Shown here: positions 24,866 through 34,899 of the stretch, one piece after another
Layout: each line of letters begins with the position of its first letter
Position numbering within the stretch: the first letter of the stretch is position 1
Assembly (NCBI GenBank): GCA_964519305.1
Contig: CAZFHY010000005.1
Coordinates: 32,001 to 96,000 of the forward strand
Direction of reading: 5' to 3'
Length of the DNA: 64,000 nucleotides
Origin: Candidatus Undinarchaeota archaeon
GTDB taxonomy: Archaea; SpSt-1190; JASMDC01
Position numbers and translations under genes: made by a program
Notes under the pieces: generated by a model
Seen by the model: the letters and a program-made list of their open reading frames with translations, nothing else
What the model was told of the DNA's origin: nothing
Databases searched by the model: none

Positions 24866-26764
24866 ATGGGCACGTTCCGGGACCTGCGCGCGCTGGTGGC
24901 CCTCGAGCACCTTCACAACCGCGGCGAGCGGTCATTGGCATCCTTGGGTGCCGTTCTCCTGGTGCTCGGCGCACTCGCTGTGCTCCCGATGGTCGTGGGC
25001 AGGGGACCTCTCATCTCGCAGGAGAGGTTCGCGGTCCTCGTGCTCGCGAACGGCCCCTCGTCCTTCGAGGACATGCTCGTCAGGGACGGCAGGTTCGCCG
25101 TCCATCGTGCTCCTGGAAATTCCCTTGAGGAAGTTCATTTAGGATCGTACGATGCGGCCATCCGCATCCAGACCGAGTTGGATGCCGCCGCGTTCAGTCG
25201 GGACCTCACAATCGGTATGAAGGTGGCAGAACGTCCCTCGTCAATCCCGCTGGTATCTGCTGTACGCGAGCTGGCAGCCCTGTACTCCGAGGGCGTTCTG
25301 CGTGCAAGTCTGGAGGTGCACGGACTCGACCGCTCGGACGTTGCACCACCGGCCCGGCTGGTGGTCGAACCATCCCGGGCATTGGGAACCCCAGGAGGTC
25401 CGGGCAACCCTTTGAAATCAGCACGGGAGGTGCTTGGAGCTCCCTCGTTGGGCGACACCCTCACCGCTGCTGCTAACGATGTGAAGGTGGACGACTACAC
25501 ACAGCTTGATGAGATGGGTGCAGAGGCACCGGCGGGCGCCCTCGACCATTTGCGTGAACAACTGTCCACCGGGACAGAGGGTGCTGACGATTCGGGTGTC
25601 CCCTGGGAGACGACTCCGCTAAGGCGGTACCTGATCCCCACCCTCCTGCTCCTCCCGGCTTTCGTGCTCTCCTCCGCCCTCTCACAAAGCGTGGCCCGGG
25701 AGAAGGCAAGGCGCTCGGGAGAAGTGCTTCTCTCCTGTCCGGTGTCACCCTCCCTCGTGCTCATTGCCAAGGCGGTCTACTATCTCGCCCCATCTCTGGG
25801 CCTGGCCGCTCTTCTACTTGTGATCTCATCCCCCGGCATCGGAGCTGGAGCGCTGGCAGCTGCAGCGCTCGCTGTTGCGGGGATCCATGTACTCGTGTTC
25901 TCGGTTGACCTTGCGATAGGTGTGTGGTTCACCCGCCTCAGTGAACTCATGTCCGCTCTTGTTGTCGTTCATATGGGCCTAGTAATGCTCATCTTCGTAC
26001 CCGCCGCAGCTCCTGCCATATCGCCGATCCATGACCTTTCCCCTCTCACGCTCCTGGCCGACGTGCTTGAGGGCGCCCCTGTGGAAGGATACCGGCTCGC
26101 ATTCGCGCTGGCAATTCCCGGCATGCTGGTGCTCGCGGCCCTTCCTCTGGCCCTCGTGCTCTTTGGCGGTAGCGCCCTATCGGGCACTCCCTCGCTCTCC
26201 GAGGAGATTGCCTTCACCCTCTGGAGGAGCACGGTCCATCACGGCCGATGGACCCTTTACCTTGCAGGATTCCTCTCCCAGGCAGTGGGCGTGGCCGCGT
26301 CCCTGATAGCGCAGCTGGCGCTCATGTTGATGCTGTTCGTGTTCCGCTCGTACGTTGCATTCCTAGTCTGCCTCCTGGCGTGGGTGACCATCGAGGAGGT
26401 GTCCAAGGTATACATAGGGTGGAGCCTGCGTCAACGGTACGACCTGGACGTTGGCGGGAAGAGGACTATCGTCACGGTGTGCATCATATCCGCCCTGGGC
26501 TTCTGGTGTTTCGAGCTTGTCACTAAGATCGTGTTCCTCTTACCGGCGATCTCCTCCGCTGGCGGGCTCATTGCGGTGGGGGCCGCTGGGATGCTGGGCG
26601 GGTACATGCGTCTCCTTGCTTTATCATCAGTAGCCCACATCGTGCTGACGTCCATCGCCGCCATCGGAGTCGTCCAGGGCACGAAACAGGCCTTTGTAGG
26701 CTACATCGCCGCCTCATCACTCCTGCACCTGGTGTTCAACATGTGGGTGCTGGGCGGCATCTGA
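24866..26764 (+). CDS. ABC-2 permease fused to a PrsW-family intramembrane metalloprotease
   Basis: 'REKARRSGEVLLSCPVS' ABC-2 motif; C-terminal EExxK (IEEVSK) and HxxxN (HLVFN). Confidence 0.75.
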   Translation: MGTFRDLRALVALEHLHNRGERSLASLGAVLLVLGALAVLPMVVGRGPLISQERFAVLVLANGPSSFEDMLVRDGRFAVHRAPGNSLEEVHLGSYDAAIRIQTELDAAAFSRDLTIGMKVAERPSSIPLVSAVRELAALYSEGVLRASLEVHGLDRSDVAPPARLVVEPSRALGTPGGPGNPLKSAREVLGAPSLGDTLTAAANDVKVDDYTQLDEMGAEAPAGALDHLREQLSTGTEGADDSGVPWETTPLRRYLIPTLLLLPAFVLSSALSQSVAREKARRSGEVLLSCPVSPSLVLIAKAVYYLAPSLGLAALLLVISSPGIGAGALAAAALAVAGIHVLVFSVDLAIGVWFTRLSELMSALVVVHMGLVMLIFVPAAAPAISPIHDLSPLTLLADVLEGAPVEGYRLAFALAIPGMLVLAALPLALVLFGGSALSGTPSLSEEIAFTLWRSTVHHGRWTLYLAGFLSQAVGVAASLIAQLALMLMLFVFRSYVAFLVCLLAWVTIEEVSKVYIGWSLRQRYDLDVGGKRTIVTVCIISALGFWCFELVTKIVFLLPAISSAGGLIAVGAAGMLGGYMRLLALSSVAHIVLTSIAAIGVVQGTKQAFVGYIAASSLLHLVFNMWVLGGI

Positions 26765-27034
26765 AGCACGCTTAACATCCGGCGGATTATTACGTCATAT
26801 AAGACCCGGAAAAGGTCATCTCGCCTTTTCTAGGCCTAAACATGATTAATTAGGCGATTTAATGTTCAAGGGTTACAATTTAGCCTATTTATTGAGAAAA
26901 ATGTCGAGATTGCCCTTCCCCTCACCACAAACTATAAATAGTAGAGTTTTCCCCTTCCCCCGGGATGTCCCGCCGCGTCCCCCGAATAGGGGATGTGTGA
27001 TCAGGACGTCTCGTGTAAAGGAGTAAGAGAAATC

Positions 27035-27274
27035 ATGGATGGATATGCGACACAGGAGAAGGTTCAGTGCCCTTCCTGCGGGGCCCTCGGAACCCCTGAG
27101 ATGGTCGTCGGAAAGACCGAGGTGAACAAGCGCGGTGTGCGCGAGATCCACAATGTGGTCCGTTGCACTTGCGGCAAGGTCTATCGAGGAAAGGTCATCA
27201 AGAGCATCAAGTTCACTGACCGTCCCAGAGGCCCTCCCGGTAGAGGCCCTTCTCGTGGCCCGCCTCGACGATGA
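27035..27274 (+). CDS. Small Zn-ribbon protein with an Arg/Gly/Pro-rich tail
   Basis: CPSCG...CTCG; GGAG RBS; TATA box (TATAAATA) upstream. Confidence 0.65.
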   Translation: MDGYATQEKVQCPSCGALGTPEMVVGKTEVNKRGVREIHNVVRCTCGKVYRGKVIKSIKFTDRPRGPPGRGPSRGPPRR

Positions 27275-27629
27275 TCACCTAACTACCCGTTGTTAGAACC
27301 TAATCGATCAAGAGGTAGCGGGCCTAGGGGAGCCCGTGCTATTCTAACATAGCAAATCTTGGACCGGTCCGTTCCATCCCGATTGATGAACAGATTCCAA
27401 GTTCGGGCATAGAAATGATGTGTTGAACATTATCGATATAAATTGTGCGCATTTCACCCCAATACGGCTTAAACCCATAAATATACGGATTGGAAAGGTC
27501 ATAAGAGTAATCCGCGGTCATCTACGGTAATGGCGGGCATCCCCCGGGATTAAAACAACCAGTCCGGAATCGTTCTAGATAAGTCATTTAATAAATGAAC
27601 TCCAAGTTGATTATTGACGAACCCAGGAC

Positions 27630-28376
27630 ATGGAGATGTATGCTATGAGAATCCGATTGAAGCGACTTGTGCGGTCCAAGCGCGGTGTGACACCTGTTAT
27701 TGCCATTATTCTGTTGCTCATGATGACGGTAGCAGCAGCAGGTGCTGCCTATCTATGGATCACTAAGATTCAGAAGACAATCACTACACAGGCTGAGAAG
27801 CAGATCATGACCAGCTTCCAGCAGGGAACACTGCAGGTCATCTCTGCCTATGCGTGTGAATCGAACTGCACGACCAACGGTGAAAGGGGCTGTGACGACA
27901 GGTCCAAGGTCAGTGGTGAAGTGTTCAAATACCATGGTAATGCCCCCGAGTCGACGTGGGGTGGAAACCTGACGGACGAGGGATGTTCGCTTGGAGGCGC
28001 ATTGTGCCTTCTTGTACGCAATACAGGGAACACAGTGGTACGCATGACCGATCTCGGATCGGCTCAGGTAGTCTACGAGCTGCCCGAGGCGCCCGAACTC
28101 GGTGAGCGCCCGCTGATGAGCAAGACCATCGGTGCGACCTTCAGCAGTGGCGGCTCGGACATGTGCTGCAAGTTCTCAGAGATCGCCGGCGAGGGTAAGT
28201 GCGGAAACCAGAAGTCTGTGGCCAGCCGCGAGACATTCATCCTTAGCTTCTTCGGGAAGTTCAAGACCGCGAATGGCGAGTCTCGGAGGATGTGGTACAG
28301 CGACGTGAAGGACCAGCGTATCATCGTGGGTCTGAACCTGCCCAGCGGGTTCAAGGTATCGCACCAGGTCGTGTGA
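27630..28376 (+). CDS. Archaeal type IV pilin (archaellin/pilin N-terminal domain)
   Basis: KRG/VTPVIAIILLLMMTVAAAGAAYLW; 'LLVRNTG' motif; TTTAATAAA box upstream. Confidence 0.88.
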   Translation: MEMYAMRIRLKRLVRSKRGVTPVIAIILLLMMTVAAAGAAYLWITKIQKTITTQAEKQIMTSFQQGTLQVISAYACESNCTTNGERGCDDRSKVSGEVFKYHGNAPESTWGGNLTDEGCSLGGALCLLVRNTGNTVVRMTDLGSAQVVYELPEAPELGERPLMSKTIGATFSSGGSDMCCKFSEIAGEGKCGNQKSVASRETFILSFFGKFKTANGESRRMWYSDVKDQRIIVGLNLPSGFKVSHQVV

Positions 28377-28404
28377 TCCGGGCGTCAATTGGAAGGGCGG
28401 AGGC

Positions 28405-29244
28405 CTAGGCCCCGCCCTTCCTGAACGCCGCTGCTGCGCAGTAACCAACCGTGTATTGTCCGATCATTTTCTGGCCGGTGACCTCGGCTGAGTTGGTATA
28501 GCTCAGCACATCGATGGCGTCGGCCCCAAGCTCCTTGGCGGCAGTGAGCGCTGCCATGATAGGAACCCTGCCGCACACCGAGCAGTCGCGGGGCGATAGC
28601 ACCTTCTTTATACGTTCCAGGTCAAATGTAGCAAGGGCATCGGTAACAGTCTTGTCGCGTGTCGCCACCTCCTCGAAGTCCTCGATGTGATGGAGGTCGG
28701 AGCTGGCCACGATGAGGGCATTGCGATCACCGAGCACCTTAGCTAGGACCTTGCCCAGTTCGGCGCCATCGTCCAGGGAGCTCGTACCGAGCATTACCGG
28801 GAGGATAGGGATGTTCCCGAGGACATACTGGAGAAGGGGCAATTGTATCTCGAGCGAGTGCTCGCCGTCGTACCCCGAGCGGTTGATGGGAATCTCTTTC
28901 TCCAGTGCTTCGACAAGTTCCCGGTCAACGGGGACCTCCCCCAAGGGCGTCTCGTATGCCCGGGACTTGGTCACCACATATTTCCCGAGAGGGAGCCTGT
29001 GGAGGGGCGATAGTATCACGATGGCATCATAGCTCTTCCCCTTCAGCGTGTGATAGGCATAGGCGGCCGTGGGTCCTGAGAAGGAATAACCAGCGTGTGG
29101 GCTGATGAGGGCGATCGGGTCCTTTACCTTTCCTTCTTTCGTATCAACGTCTTCGAAGTACTCATCGAGCGTCGCTCGCAGACCCTTCTCTGAACCGGGG
29201 TACCACGAACCGGCGATGACCGAACGTCTGACCTCTTCTGCCAT
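28405..29244 (-). CDS. amrB: AmmeMemoRadiSam system protein B (MEMO1 family)
   Basis: 'AGSWYP', 'PHAGYSFSG', 'EHSLEIQLP', 'ASSDLHH' and 'VGY' motifs. Confidence 0.92.
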   Translation of the reverse strand: MAEEVRRSVIAGSWYPGSEKGLRATLDEYFEDVDTKEGKVKDPIALISPHAGYSFSGPTAAYAYHTLKGKSYDAIVILSPLHRLPLGKYVVTKSRAYETPLGEVPVDRELVEALEKEIPINRSGYDGEHSLEIQLPLLQYVLGNIPILPVMLGTSSLDDGAELGKVLAKVLGDRNALIVASSDLHHIEDFEEVATRDKTVTDALATFDLERIKKVLSPRDCSVCGRVPIMAALTAAKELGADAIDVLSYTNSAEVTGQKMIGQYTVGYCAAAAFRKGGA

Positions 29245-29405
29245 AGCGAATCCCTACTCAGGAGGGTACGGGTCCAAGCTTGAAAAAGATTGGTATCGGC
29301 CTGGACGCGTTCCCCCTTTGTTAATCTCGCGATATCGATGGTTTGAAGAAATGGACCTGAAGCTTGCTTTAGTACCTCTGACACCCTCGTTCCATCTGTT
29401 CACGA

Positions 29406-29945
29406 TCACTTCTCGCTGGGCAGCAGGTCCTCGCGCGTGAGCACTGAGAGTACCGGAGCACCCATGTCACCGAGGTTCTCCAGACCACCCTCCTTGCGGT
29501 CGACAAGGACGAGTACGCCTGCGATCTCGAGCCCCTCTTCCACGAGGGTGTCCACGGCCTCGCGGAGGCTACCGCCCGTGGTGAGGACGTCGTCCACGAC
29601 CAGGACACGCTCGCCAACGACGCCTTCCACTCTCTTACGGGTGCCGTGCTTCTTGGCCTCCTTGCGGAGATATCCGAAGGGGACGTCCAAGCGCTGACTG
29701 AGCAGCACTGCCGGCGGGACGCCTCCTAGGGGCACACCCACCACGGCATCGAACCGCAGTCCTGCGTCCTGGATGAGCCCTGCACCAAGGTCGGCGAACG
29801 ATGCGGCTATGTCGGGGAAGGACTGGCCCCTACGCAGGTCGATGTAGTAGGAGCTCGTCCGACCGGAGCTGAGGGTGAACTCCCCGAATAACAGTGCCTC
29901 GCGCTCCTGAAGGAGACCGACCAGACGCTCTCGTGTGCAGGCCAT
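29406..29945 (-). CDS. pyrE: Orotate phosphoribosyltransferase
   Basis: 'FTLSSGRTSSYYID', 'RKEAKKHG' and PRPP motif 'VVDDVLTTGGS'. Confidence 0.95.
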   Translation of the reverse strand: MACTRERLVGLLQEREALLFGEFTLSSGRTSSYYIDLRRGQSFPDIAASFADLGAGLIQDAGLRFDAVVGVPLGGVPPAVLLSQRLDVPFGYLRKEAKKHGTRKRVEGVVGERVLVVDDVLTTGGSLREAVDTLVEEGLEIAGVLVLVDRKEGGLENLGDMGAPVLSVLTREDLLPSEK

Positions 29946-30643
29946 CAGACCATCTCCGCGAGCCGTCGCGCTGCAGCCTTCGGATCGTCGGCACCGTAGA
30001 TGGAGCGGCCCACGATGAGGGCGTCGGCACCGGCCTCCAACGTATCCTGCGCCTTTCCACCCTGGGCACCCACGCCAGGGGAGAGTATCAGCGTGTTCTC
30101 GCCCACGGTACGCCGGATGGCCGCCACCTCCTCGGTGCGTGTTGCCGGGGCTATGACGCCGTCCACTTCCAGATCCCTGGCGAACCGCGCCGTGTCCTCA
30201 TAGGGAGGCATGAACTCCTTCGCACCGGGATGGGACATGCTTGTCACGAGTATGACGCCCCGCTCATGGCGGGATGCAGCTTCGAGCACTGCGTCAAGCG
30301 CCCCCTGTCTACCCACGACGCTGTGAGCGATGAGGGCATCGAACCCGACATCGTACATGATCTCGCATATCTTCGCGTTGGTGGCGTCGATGTCAGCGAT
30401 CTTGAAATCACCGATGAAGGGAAGGTCATAACGTTCGATCATCCGTCGGACCACCTCCCTGCCCACAGATAGGAAAAGTGGATAGTTCACCTTCACGGCG
30501 GCCAGGTGTGGATGGACCGCGTCCAGCACTCGATAGGCCTCTTGCTCGTCGAGCACATCCAGGGCGAGCACCACCCGGCTGCCTCGTTCCCGTATCGATT
30601 CACGCATTCTTCGTCCGAAGTTACTCGAGTAGTCCTTTGACAT
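29945..30643 (-). CDS. pyrF: Orotidine 5'-phosphate decarboxylase
   Basis: 'DFKIADID.TN', 'MSHPG', 'SPGVGAQGG' and 'IVGRSIY'. Confidence 0.95.
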   Translation of the reverse strand: MSKDYSSNFGRRMRESIRERGSRVVLALDVLDEQEAYRVLDAVHPHLAAVKVNYPLFLSVGREVVRRMIERYDLPFIGDFKIADIDATNAKICEIMYDVGFDALIAHSVVGRQGALDAVLEAASRHERGVILVTSMSHPGAKEFMPPYEDTARFARDLEVDGVIAPATRTEEVAAIRRTVGENTLILSPGVGAQGGKAQDTLEAGADALIVGRSIYGADDPKAAARRLAEMV

Positions 30644-31823
30644 TTCTTCCGCCTCCCGATGACGTTATATGACCATGAAGATAGACGACCTCCCCGCGTC
30701 GGACGGTGGCCAGCACCGATCCGGCGGTCCTGTGGCCGTCGAAGGGCGTCGAACGAGCCATGGTGTACAGGTCCTCCGCCCGGACCCGCCCCTCTTCCTT
30801 GCGCACCACGACTACGTCAGCAAAGCTCCCCTCGCGCAGGACCCCCTTGGCAGGATAGAGCCCGAGGAGCCGGGCGGGGTTCTCGGAGGTCAGACGCGCT
30901 AGCAGAGCCAGTGGCAGCCTCCGCTGGAGGAACGCTGTAAAGAGGAGAGGAAGCATGGTGGGGGCCCCGGGGATACCGCAGGGAGGATCGTCGCCCTCCT
31001 TCTCGGCCCGTGAATGTGGAGCATGGTCCGAACCTATGGTCGTCACCGTGCCATCGGCCACTCCGTGCCACAGAGCGCTCAGGTCAGGAGAGCGTCTGAG
31101 AGGGGGCCGGACCCGATAGAGGGGATCGTCGGTCTTCTTTGTGAGCAGTAGGTGGTGCGGAGTTACCTCGCACGTGGTCCCGGGATGGTCGCGGACGGCG
31201 TCCAGAGCGGCCGCTGTTGAGATATGGCAGAGGTGGACAGGATTGGAGAGCTCGCGACGGCGCAGGTCCGTCAGAAGGTCGGGTAGGCATTCGCGTTCCC
31301 CCTCGTCGGTCTGGTCGGACTCGGCGTGGAACATCAGCAGGCTCTCCGGTGGCGGCGGTGTATCGAGCATCGCCGCAGTCCCGTGCTGATAGCAGAACAG
31401 TTCTCCAAAAGCTGGGACATCAGGCGGGGGCCCTCCATGGAACGGTAAGGCAGGATTGATGAGGAAATCTACACGACTTGAGTTGGCCGCAGCGACCTCA
31501 CGCGCCTCGAGCGCTTCGATAGAGTCTGTGGGGGGATCGTTGTTGGGCATGTCCACAGCGGTCGTGATGCCGCCCTGAGCACATGCGGCGCTGCCGGTGG
31601 CGAAGGTCTCCTTGTGTGCAAGACCTCCATCCCGCAGGTGGACGTGGAGGTCGACAAGACCGGGGAGCAGGATACATTCCCGGGCATCTATCGCGCGGTC
31701 GGCAGGCAGTGATTGCCGTGCTATGCGGGCGATCCTACCATCACGTGTGTACAGGTCAGCTCGTACGAGGCGACCACCCATCAGACAGCGCCCTCCGATT
31801 ATGGCGAGGTCGTACGACTCCAT
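30621..31823 (-). CDS. pyrC: Dihydroorotase
   Basis: 'DLHVHLRD', 'DMPNN', 'CEVTPHHL' and 'GSDHAPH'; within the pyr operon. Confidence 0.9.
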   Translation of the reverse strand: MESYDLAIIGGRCLMGGRLVRADLYTRDGRIARIARQSLPADRAIDARECILLPGLVDLHVHLRDGGLAHKETFATGSAACAQGGITTAVDMPNNDPPTDSIEALEAREVAAANSSRVDFLINPALPFHGGPPPDVPAFGELFCYQHGTAAMLDTPPPPESLLMFHAESDQTDEGERECLPDLLTDLRRRELSNPVHLCHISTAAALDAVRDHPGTTCEVTPHHLLLTKKTDDPLYRVRPPLRRSPDLSALWHGVADGTVTTIGSDHAPHSRAEKEGDDPPCGIPGAPTMLPLLFTAFLQRRLPLALLARLTSENPARLLGLYPAKGVLREGSFADVVVVRKEEGRVRAEDLYTMARSTPFDGHRTAGSVLATVRRGEVVYLHGHITSSGGGRNVKGLLE

Positions 31824-31827
31824 GATG

Positions 31828-32592
31828 TTACACCGGTACCCTCCGCCCAGCACCATCCCGCGTCGTCCGCCCGAACCCGGTACCCTTCAGTCGCTCGCCT
31901 GGGAGCACAGGACCCTCGGTGCATGCACATATATCGCCCACATGACAGGAACCGCACAGCCCCACACCGCACTTCATGTATCGCTCCACGCACAGCTCGC
32001 AGGGTACGTCCGTTGCAAGGGCCACGTCGAGCACGGCAGCCATCATCCGCTCAGGACCGCAAGCGTACACACGGTCAGCGTCTTCAAGAAAACTGTCCAT
32101 CGATGCGGTGACGATGCCTGACACACCGCTGCTCCCATCGTCCGTGAATATGTGGAGCCCGCCCGTATCGTTGAACGTCTCCCTTAGGATTAACTGGTCG
32201 GCCGTGCGCGCCCCTAGTAGTGTTGTCACCTCGTTCCTAGGTGCGAGCTCGCGTGCCAGGAATGCCAGTGGTGCGGCCCCCATCCCGCCGGCCACGAGCA
32301 ACGTGTTCGCATCCTCCGTTAGGGTGAATCCTGTGCCGTAGGGTCCTCGGATACCGATGCTATCCCCAGCAGACCGGGCACAGAGTGATTGCGAGAACGG
32401 GCCGACCGAACGCACGCAGATTGATAGAGGATCACTAGCGACAACGCTCATCGGTTTCTCGCCTTCACCCGGGACCCATACCATGGCGAACTGCCCGGGG
32501 CGGACATCCCACGCAGAATCAAGTGTGAGCCGTACCGTATCAGTGCCCACCCGCTCGGTGTCCGTGACCGTTACTTTACTGGGCCTATCCAT
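31828..32592 (-). CDS. pyrK: Dihydroorotate dehydrogenase electron transfer subunit
   Basis: 'PGQFAMVW', 'RGPYG', 'AGGMG.AP' and 2Fe-2S 'MKCGVGLCGSC...C..GPV'. Confidence 0.92.
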   Translation of the reverse strand: MDRPSKVTVTDTERVGTDTVRLTLDSAWDVRPGQFAMVWVPGEGEKPMSVVASDPLSICVRSVGPFSQSLCARSAGDSIGIRGPYGTGFTLTEDANTLLVAGGMGAAPLAFLARELAPRNEVTTLLGARTADQLILRETFNDTGGLHIFTDDGSSGVSGIVTASMDSFLEDADRVYACGPERMMAAVLDVALATDVPCELCVERYMKCGVGLCGSCHVGDICACTEGPVLPGERLKGTGFGRTTRDGAGRRVPV

Positions 32593-33499
32593 GGGCACCA
32601 CCCACCAGGTCGGCCGCCCTTGAGAATCCGTTTGCGTCGAGGTATCCCCCGAGCTCACGATGTACCCGATCGAACACCTCTGGTCCGTGATAGGCGACAG
32701 CGGTACCCAGTTGGACGGCAGAAGCGCCCGCGAGCATGAACTTGACCACGTCCTCCCCTGACACGGCTCCTCCTGAAGCGATGATGGGTATGTCGACCGC
32801 TTCGTGTAGTCCGTACACCGCACGAAGGGCAACCGGAAGGATCGCGGGACCCGAGAGCCCGCCGAACTTGTTACCAAGGACCGGTCTGCGGAACCCTATG
32901 TCTATATCCATGGCGGGGAGCGTGTTGATAGCGACGATCCCGTCGGCGCCGTTGGCCGCGAGGTCACGAGCCTGGTCCACAAGGGAGTGCGAGAACGGTA
33001 GCTTGACTAGCACCGGTCTTCGTGTCGCGTTCTTGGCGGCGGCGAGGATGGCGAGCAGGACATCGCGGTCCTGGGCGACGTGGATGCCCCCGTGACCGCG
33101 ACCGGCATGGGGGCATGAAGCGTTGACCTCCACAGCGTCGAAACCGTCCCCAAGTACCGTGATCACAGCGCCCACGTCCTCGGATGTGGGACCGTACACA
33201 CTGGCGATCAGCGGGACCTCGCTGGAGTCACGAGCGTCGGCAAGTTCCCTGGCGAATCCCTCGCACCCGCAGTTAGGGAGCCCCATGGCGTTGAGATAGC
33301 CCCCGGCGACCTCCACTACGTTCGGTCCCATGTAGCCGGGATTGGGCTCCCGTCCCACAGACTTAGTGACGATCGCCCCTGGCTTGTGCCGGGCCACCCG
33401 GAGGATGGCGCCCGCGGACGTGGCCAGGATGCCCGAGGCGAGCATGGTGGGGGCGACCAGCGCCCGTTCCAGCCCGATGTCAACAGTGAGATTTGCCAT
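32585..33499 (-). CDS. pyrD: Dihydroorotate dehydrogenase (class 1B) catalytic subunit
   Basis: 'NAMGLPN', 'EVNASCPH', 'INT' and 'GGLSGPAI.P'. Confidence 0.95.
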   Translation of the reverse strand: MANLTVDIGLERALVAPTMLASGILATSAGAILRVARHKPGAIVTKSVGREPNPGYMGPNVVEVAGGYLNAMGLPNCGCEGFARELADARDSSEVPLIASVYGPTSEDVGAVITVLGDGFDAVEVNASCPHAGRGHGGIHVAQDRDVLLAILAAAKNATRRPVLVKLPFSHSLVDQARDLAANGADGIVAINTLPAMDIDIGFRRPVLGNKFGGLSGPAILPVALRAVYGLHEAVDIPIIASGGAVSGEDVVKFMLAGASAVQLGTAVAYHGPEVFDRVHRELGGYLDANGFSRAADLVGGAHG

Positions 33500-33502
33500 T
33501 GT

Positions 33503-33967
33503 CTACCCGGTGACGATGTTCTCCCCGACCTCGTTCCCCTGGAGTGTGCGCTCACAGTAGCGGCACCGTACCAGCACGGGGTCCGTTCCCTCAACAGTGA
33601 AGGACTGTCTCGGCTCTAGCCGGGTGATACATCGGGGATTGGGGCAACGGATGAGGTCCTCAACGGCCCCGGGGACGCTCAGGGTCCGCTTTTCTGCGAC
33701 CTTATAGTTGCGGATGATCGATACCGTGGCATTGGGGGCGACAAGGGCCACCTTGCTCTCCTCCTCCTGTGTAAGGATACGGTCCTCCATCTTGATTATG
33801 TCCTTTCTACCATGCTTCCCGCTGGCGAGGTTCGTACCGACCAGAAGGGTTTCCCCGTTGGCCGCCGTGAGGTCCAGCACCTTGGCGAGCACGAGGCCGT
33901 TCCCGGCCGGGACATGGTCGATCACGTAGCCGTTCGCGAGCTTCTGTACCTTCATGTCCGTGTCCAT
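33503..33967 (-). CDS. pyrI: Aspartate carbamoyltransferase regulatory subunit
   Basis: 'GYVIDHV', 'KDIIK' and Zn site 'CPNPRCIT...CRYCE'. Confidence 0.95.
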   Translation of the reverse strand: MDTDMKVQKLANGYVIDHVPAGNGLVLAKVLDLTAANGETLLVGTNLASGKHGRKDIIKMEDRILTQEEESKVALVAPNATVSIIRNYKVAEKRTLSVPGAVEDLIRCPNPRCITRLEPRQSFTVEGTDPVLVRCRYCERTLQGNEVGENIVTG

Positions 33968-34899
33968 CAGGCGTCACCTCCGTTGATGAGCATCTCGAGC
34001 ACCGCCATCCGGACCGGTACTCCGTTGTAGGCCTGGTCGAAGTAAACAGCGTGGTCGGAGTGGTCCACGGATGTCTCGACCTCGTCCACACGGGGAAGCG
34101 GGTGCATGATGATGGCATCGCTCTTGAGCGAAGCGAGGGTGTCCTTAGTGATTCGATAGGAGCGCTGGAGGCGCTCGAGCTCCAAGGGATCGGCGAAGCG
34201 CTCTTTCTGTATGCGTACGACGTAGGCCGCATCCACGTCACCCAGGCTCGTCGCCGGATCGTGGGCCTCGGTGATGTTGGTCCCCCACTGCTGTCGCACC
34301 TCGTCCACCACCTCGGTGCTCATCTCCAGCCCCTTGGGCGCCACGAGGGCAACGTCCGCACCGAACATCCCCAGCGCGTAGGCCAGGGAACGGGTCGTCC
34401 GTGCATGCTTGAGGTCGCCCACGAGGGCTACCTTGAGATCGAAGGTCCCCTTGTGCTTCCAGATAGTGTAAAGGTCCAACAGGGTCTGTGTCGGGTGCTG
34501 GTTCGAGCCGTCCCCGCCGTTCACCACCGGTATGGATACGGCCTCTGACGCCAGCCGGGCCGCGCCTTCATACGGGTGACGCATGACTATAGCGTCGGCG
34601 TACTGTTCCACGGTGCGTATCGTGTCCGAGAGGGTTTCGCCCTTTTCCACTGATGTACCCTTTGGGGATGAGAACCCGGTGACCATCCCCCCCAGGCACT
34701 TCGCGGCGGTCTCGAAGCTCAGCCGTGTGCGGGTGCTCGGCTCGAAGAATAGCGATGCGATCATCCGTCCGGCGAGGCTCCGAGGGGGATCCCGCGCCTT
34801 CAGGCGCTCGTCCATGACACGCGCCCGCTCCAAGATACCCGTGACTTGGGTCTTGGAGAGGTCGCGCATGGAGATTATGTCCTTATCCAGCAGCGACAT
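33967..34899 (-). CDS. pyrB: Aspartate carbamoyltransferase catalytic subunit
   Basis: 'FFEPSTRTRLSF', 'HPTQTLLD', 'RIQKERF' and 'MHPLPR'. Confidence 0.97.
   Translation of the reverse strand: MSLLDKDIISMRDLSKTQVTGILERARVMDERLKARDPPRSLAGRMIASLFFEPSTRTRLSFETAAKCLGGMVTGFSSPKGTSVEKGETLSDTIRTVEQYADAIVMRHPYEGAARLASEAVSIPVVNGGDGSNQHPTQTLLDLYTIWKHKGTFDLKVALVGDLKHARTTRSLAYALGMFGADVALVAPKGLEMSTEVVDEVRQQWGTNITEAHDPATSLGDVDAAYVVRIQKERFADPLELERLQRSYRITKDTLASLKSDAIIMHPLPRVDEVETSVDHSDHAVYFDQAYNGVPVRMAVLEMLINGGDA

Noticed and set aside
26765-27630. AT-rich intergenic stretches as a replication origin
   Set aside because: No ORB-like repeats recognised and no cdc6/orc1 nearby; promoters explain the composition
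31380-31420. Dihydroorotase has 'GELF' where a carboxylated Lys is usual
   Set aside because: As I recall, a Glu at this position occurs in other archaeal dihydroorotases; the other metal ligands are intact
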